From Blepharisma stoltei ATCC 30299 (taxonomy: Eukaryota > Protista > Ciliophora), in the NCBI GenBank assembly GCA_965603825.1, contig CBFDEM010000044.1, forward strand, positions 186,001 to 250,000: a stretch of DNA of 64,000 nt, given 5' to 3'. A model generated the notes under the pieces. That model made no database searches. It was not told the origin of the DNA and worked only from the letters and a program-made list of their open reading frames with translations. The first letter of the stretch is position 1, and each line of letters starts with the position of its first letter. This document shows, in pieces, positions 62,454 to 64,000 of this stretch. A program made the position numbers and the translations under genes.

Positions 62454-63644
62454 TTAGATTTGAACATAATCGCTGGCGCTTTGGTAAAAAGCTTCATGGT
62501 TTCGTCTTCTCCTCATCTGCTTGGACGGGTATAATTTCCTATAGATAAAGTAAATAATGCAGATTGAAACTAAGAAGGTCAGAAAGATATTCCAAAAGCC
62601 TTCACTGCTAAGTGTAGCTATTTTAGGACTATTTTGGCCACAAAGATTGCTCATGCATTGAGAGACACAGGCTGTATCGCTATCACTCATTTTGGAGCAG
62701 AAAGTTAAGCATTCTTTATTGCATGATGATAACTCGGTGATGCTTGAGTCTGATTTTATTAAGGTTTGTGAGCTGTCTTGGGCGCTTGATGGGAGTTCAA
62801 TATTTGACTCATTTGAAGCTTCTTCTTTGGCATGCTGGTTTTCGATGGTTATGGGTTGTTCTTCAGAGGTTGGAGTTGGCACTTCAGAAACGACTATATC
62901 TGGATTTGAGCTTTCCTCCTCTGAGCTAGGAGCTTCTGCTGGCAATGTTTCTTCTGCTTCTGGGGTGCTTTCAGATATACTCTCTTCACTTTGCCCAACT
63001 TCTTCTTCTTCTTCTTGGCTGCTTGATTCTTGATTATTTTCTTCACTTGCATCAGCTTCTTCAGAATTTGTATAAGTTGCTTCTGGATTTGTTTCAGCGG
63101 CTTGCTCTGCTCCTTCTTCTTCTTCGTGATCTGAGACTGGGACACTTTCTTCTTCTTGCTCAGAATTCTGATTTTCATACTCATCTTGTTTATTTACACT
63201 TTCCTCTATTTCACTTCCATTACTTTCTTCTTCCTCGCTTTCCTCTTCCTCATTTTCTTCTTCACTTTCTTCTTCCTCATTTTCTTCTTCTTCCTCCTCG
63301 TTTTCTTCTTCTCCTTCCTCGTCCTCTTCTTCTGATTTTTCATCCTGATCATCCATATCAACATTGCCAAAGAAAGGTATTTTCCAAAACTTGAGCTGAT
63401 TTGAGCCTCCAAGAATATCAATGCATCCGCAGTCCTTTTCGCATGCAATTGCTTCTTCTCCAGTCTTTGTAGCAAAGCAAGTATTGGCGCATTCTAGATC
63501 GCATCCTAAAACCTGTGCTTTTTGTTCAACGGTTAGAGGTTTGATATAAACCACTTGGCCGTCTTCAAATTGATAAAATCCCTCAGTTATTAAAGATGTA
63601 GAAAATACTGCAAATGATAGCAGTATAAGAATTTTAGCCATCAT
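62454..63644 (-). CDS. Type I membrane protein with acidic stalk and two Cys-rich modules
   Basis: Signal peptide, CxxxCxxxC modules, Glu-rich region, TM, tail ending YVQI. Confidence 0.75.
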   Translation of the reverse strand: MMAKILILLSFAVFSTSLITEGFYQFEDGQVVYIKPLTVEQKAQVLGCDLECANTCFATKTGEEAIACEKDCGCIDILGGSNQLKFWKIPFFGNVDMDDQDEKSEEEDEEGEEENEEEEEENEEEESEEENEEEESEEEESNGSEIEESVNKQDEYENQNSEQEEESVPVSDHEEEEGAEQAAETNPEATYTNSEEADASEENNQESSSQEEEEEVGQSEESISESTPEAEETLPAEAPSSEEESSNPDIVVSEVPTPTSEEQPITIENQHAKEEASNESNIELPSSAQDSSQTLIKSDSSITELSSCNKECLTFCSKMSDSDTACVSQCMSNLCGQNSPKIATLSSEGFWNIFLTFLVSICIIYFIYRKLYPSKQMRRRRNHEAFYQSASDYVQI

Positions 63645-63693
63645 TTTGAAATAATTATTTTATCAGAGAAACAAATCAAATAATATATATAAA

Positions 63694-64000
63694 ATGGAGT
63701 CGCAATGGAAACAAGCACTTGCAATAGTGGCACTTCCTAAGATCAGTTCAAATAGTGAGCATGATCAAAGGCTACTTAACGATCCTCCCATTTTGCCAGA
63801 AATTGATGTCAGATTAGAACATAGTGTCCTTTCTGCAGACCCTGAGGTAAAGCAGCCAGTCTCAAGACTTGCAGCAGTTGTAATAAATCCTCCTCAGCCT
63901 AAAAAGAGCACAGGCGTGATCGGAGGACTTAAGAATCTTGGAAAAGAGTTATACAGTGAAGCAAAAGGTGGGATAAACTCTTTGAAGCAAAGATTTCAAT
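63694..64000 (+). CDS. Hypothetical protein, 3' truncated by window edge
   Basis: ATG after AT-rich leader; MESQWKQALAIV... frame open to the window end. Confidence 0.6.
   Translation, partial: MESQWKQALAIVALPKISSNSEHDQRLLNDPPILPEIDVRLEHSVLSADPEVKQPVSRLAAVVINPPQPKKSTGVIGGLKNLGKELYSEAKGGINSLKQRFQ

Noticed and set aside
56699-63475. Phe/Leu-rich antisense ORFs and alternative-frame Lys-rich ORFs
   Set aside because: Shadows of Glu/Lys-rich coding sequence

Overview
Gene-dense, AT-rich eukaryotic DNA, almost certainly the somatic (macronuclear) genome of a heterotrich ciliate, most likely Blepharisma. The taxon is inferred from the genetic code and intron type. The supplied ORF track is misleading for two reasons. 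First, in-frame TGA encodes Trp: it falls on conserved Trp positions of kinase, PHD, PH, COMM, ApaG, Rab, lipin and POP4 domains, and every complete gene model ends in TAA or TAG. Second, genes carry tiny 15-16 nt GT-AG introns (23 called; every 15-mer has A at position 10). Re-read this way, the window holds about 53 protein genes, mostly housekeeping, signalling and secretory. The highlight is a tRNA-Trp(CCA) at 15044-15116 (-) whose anticodon stem has only 4 bp (A27:C43 mismatch), a candidate decoder for the reassigned UGA. Other notable items: a TIR-less Merlin/IS1595 transposase with intact DDE, a structured candidate ncRNA at about 40690-40850, a signal-anchored TTL-like ligase, a UBL-ankyrin-PH-AGC kinase, and strong gene-to-gene bias in TGG versus TGA use. 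All gene models were read by hand and are not validated by RNA data.
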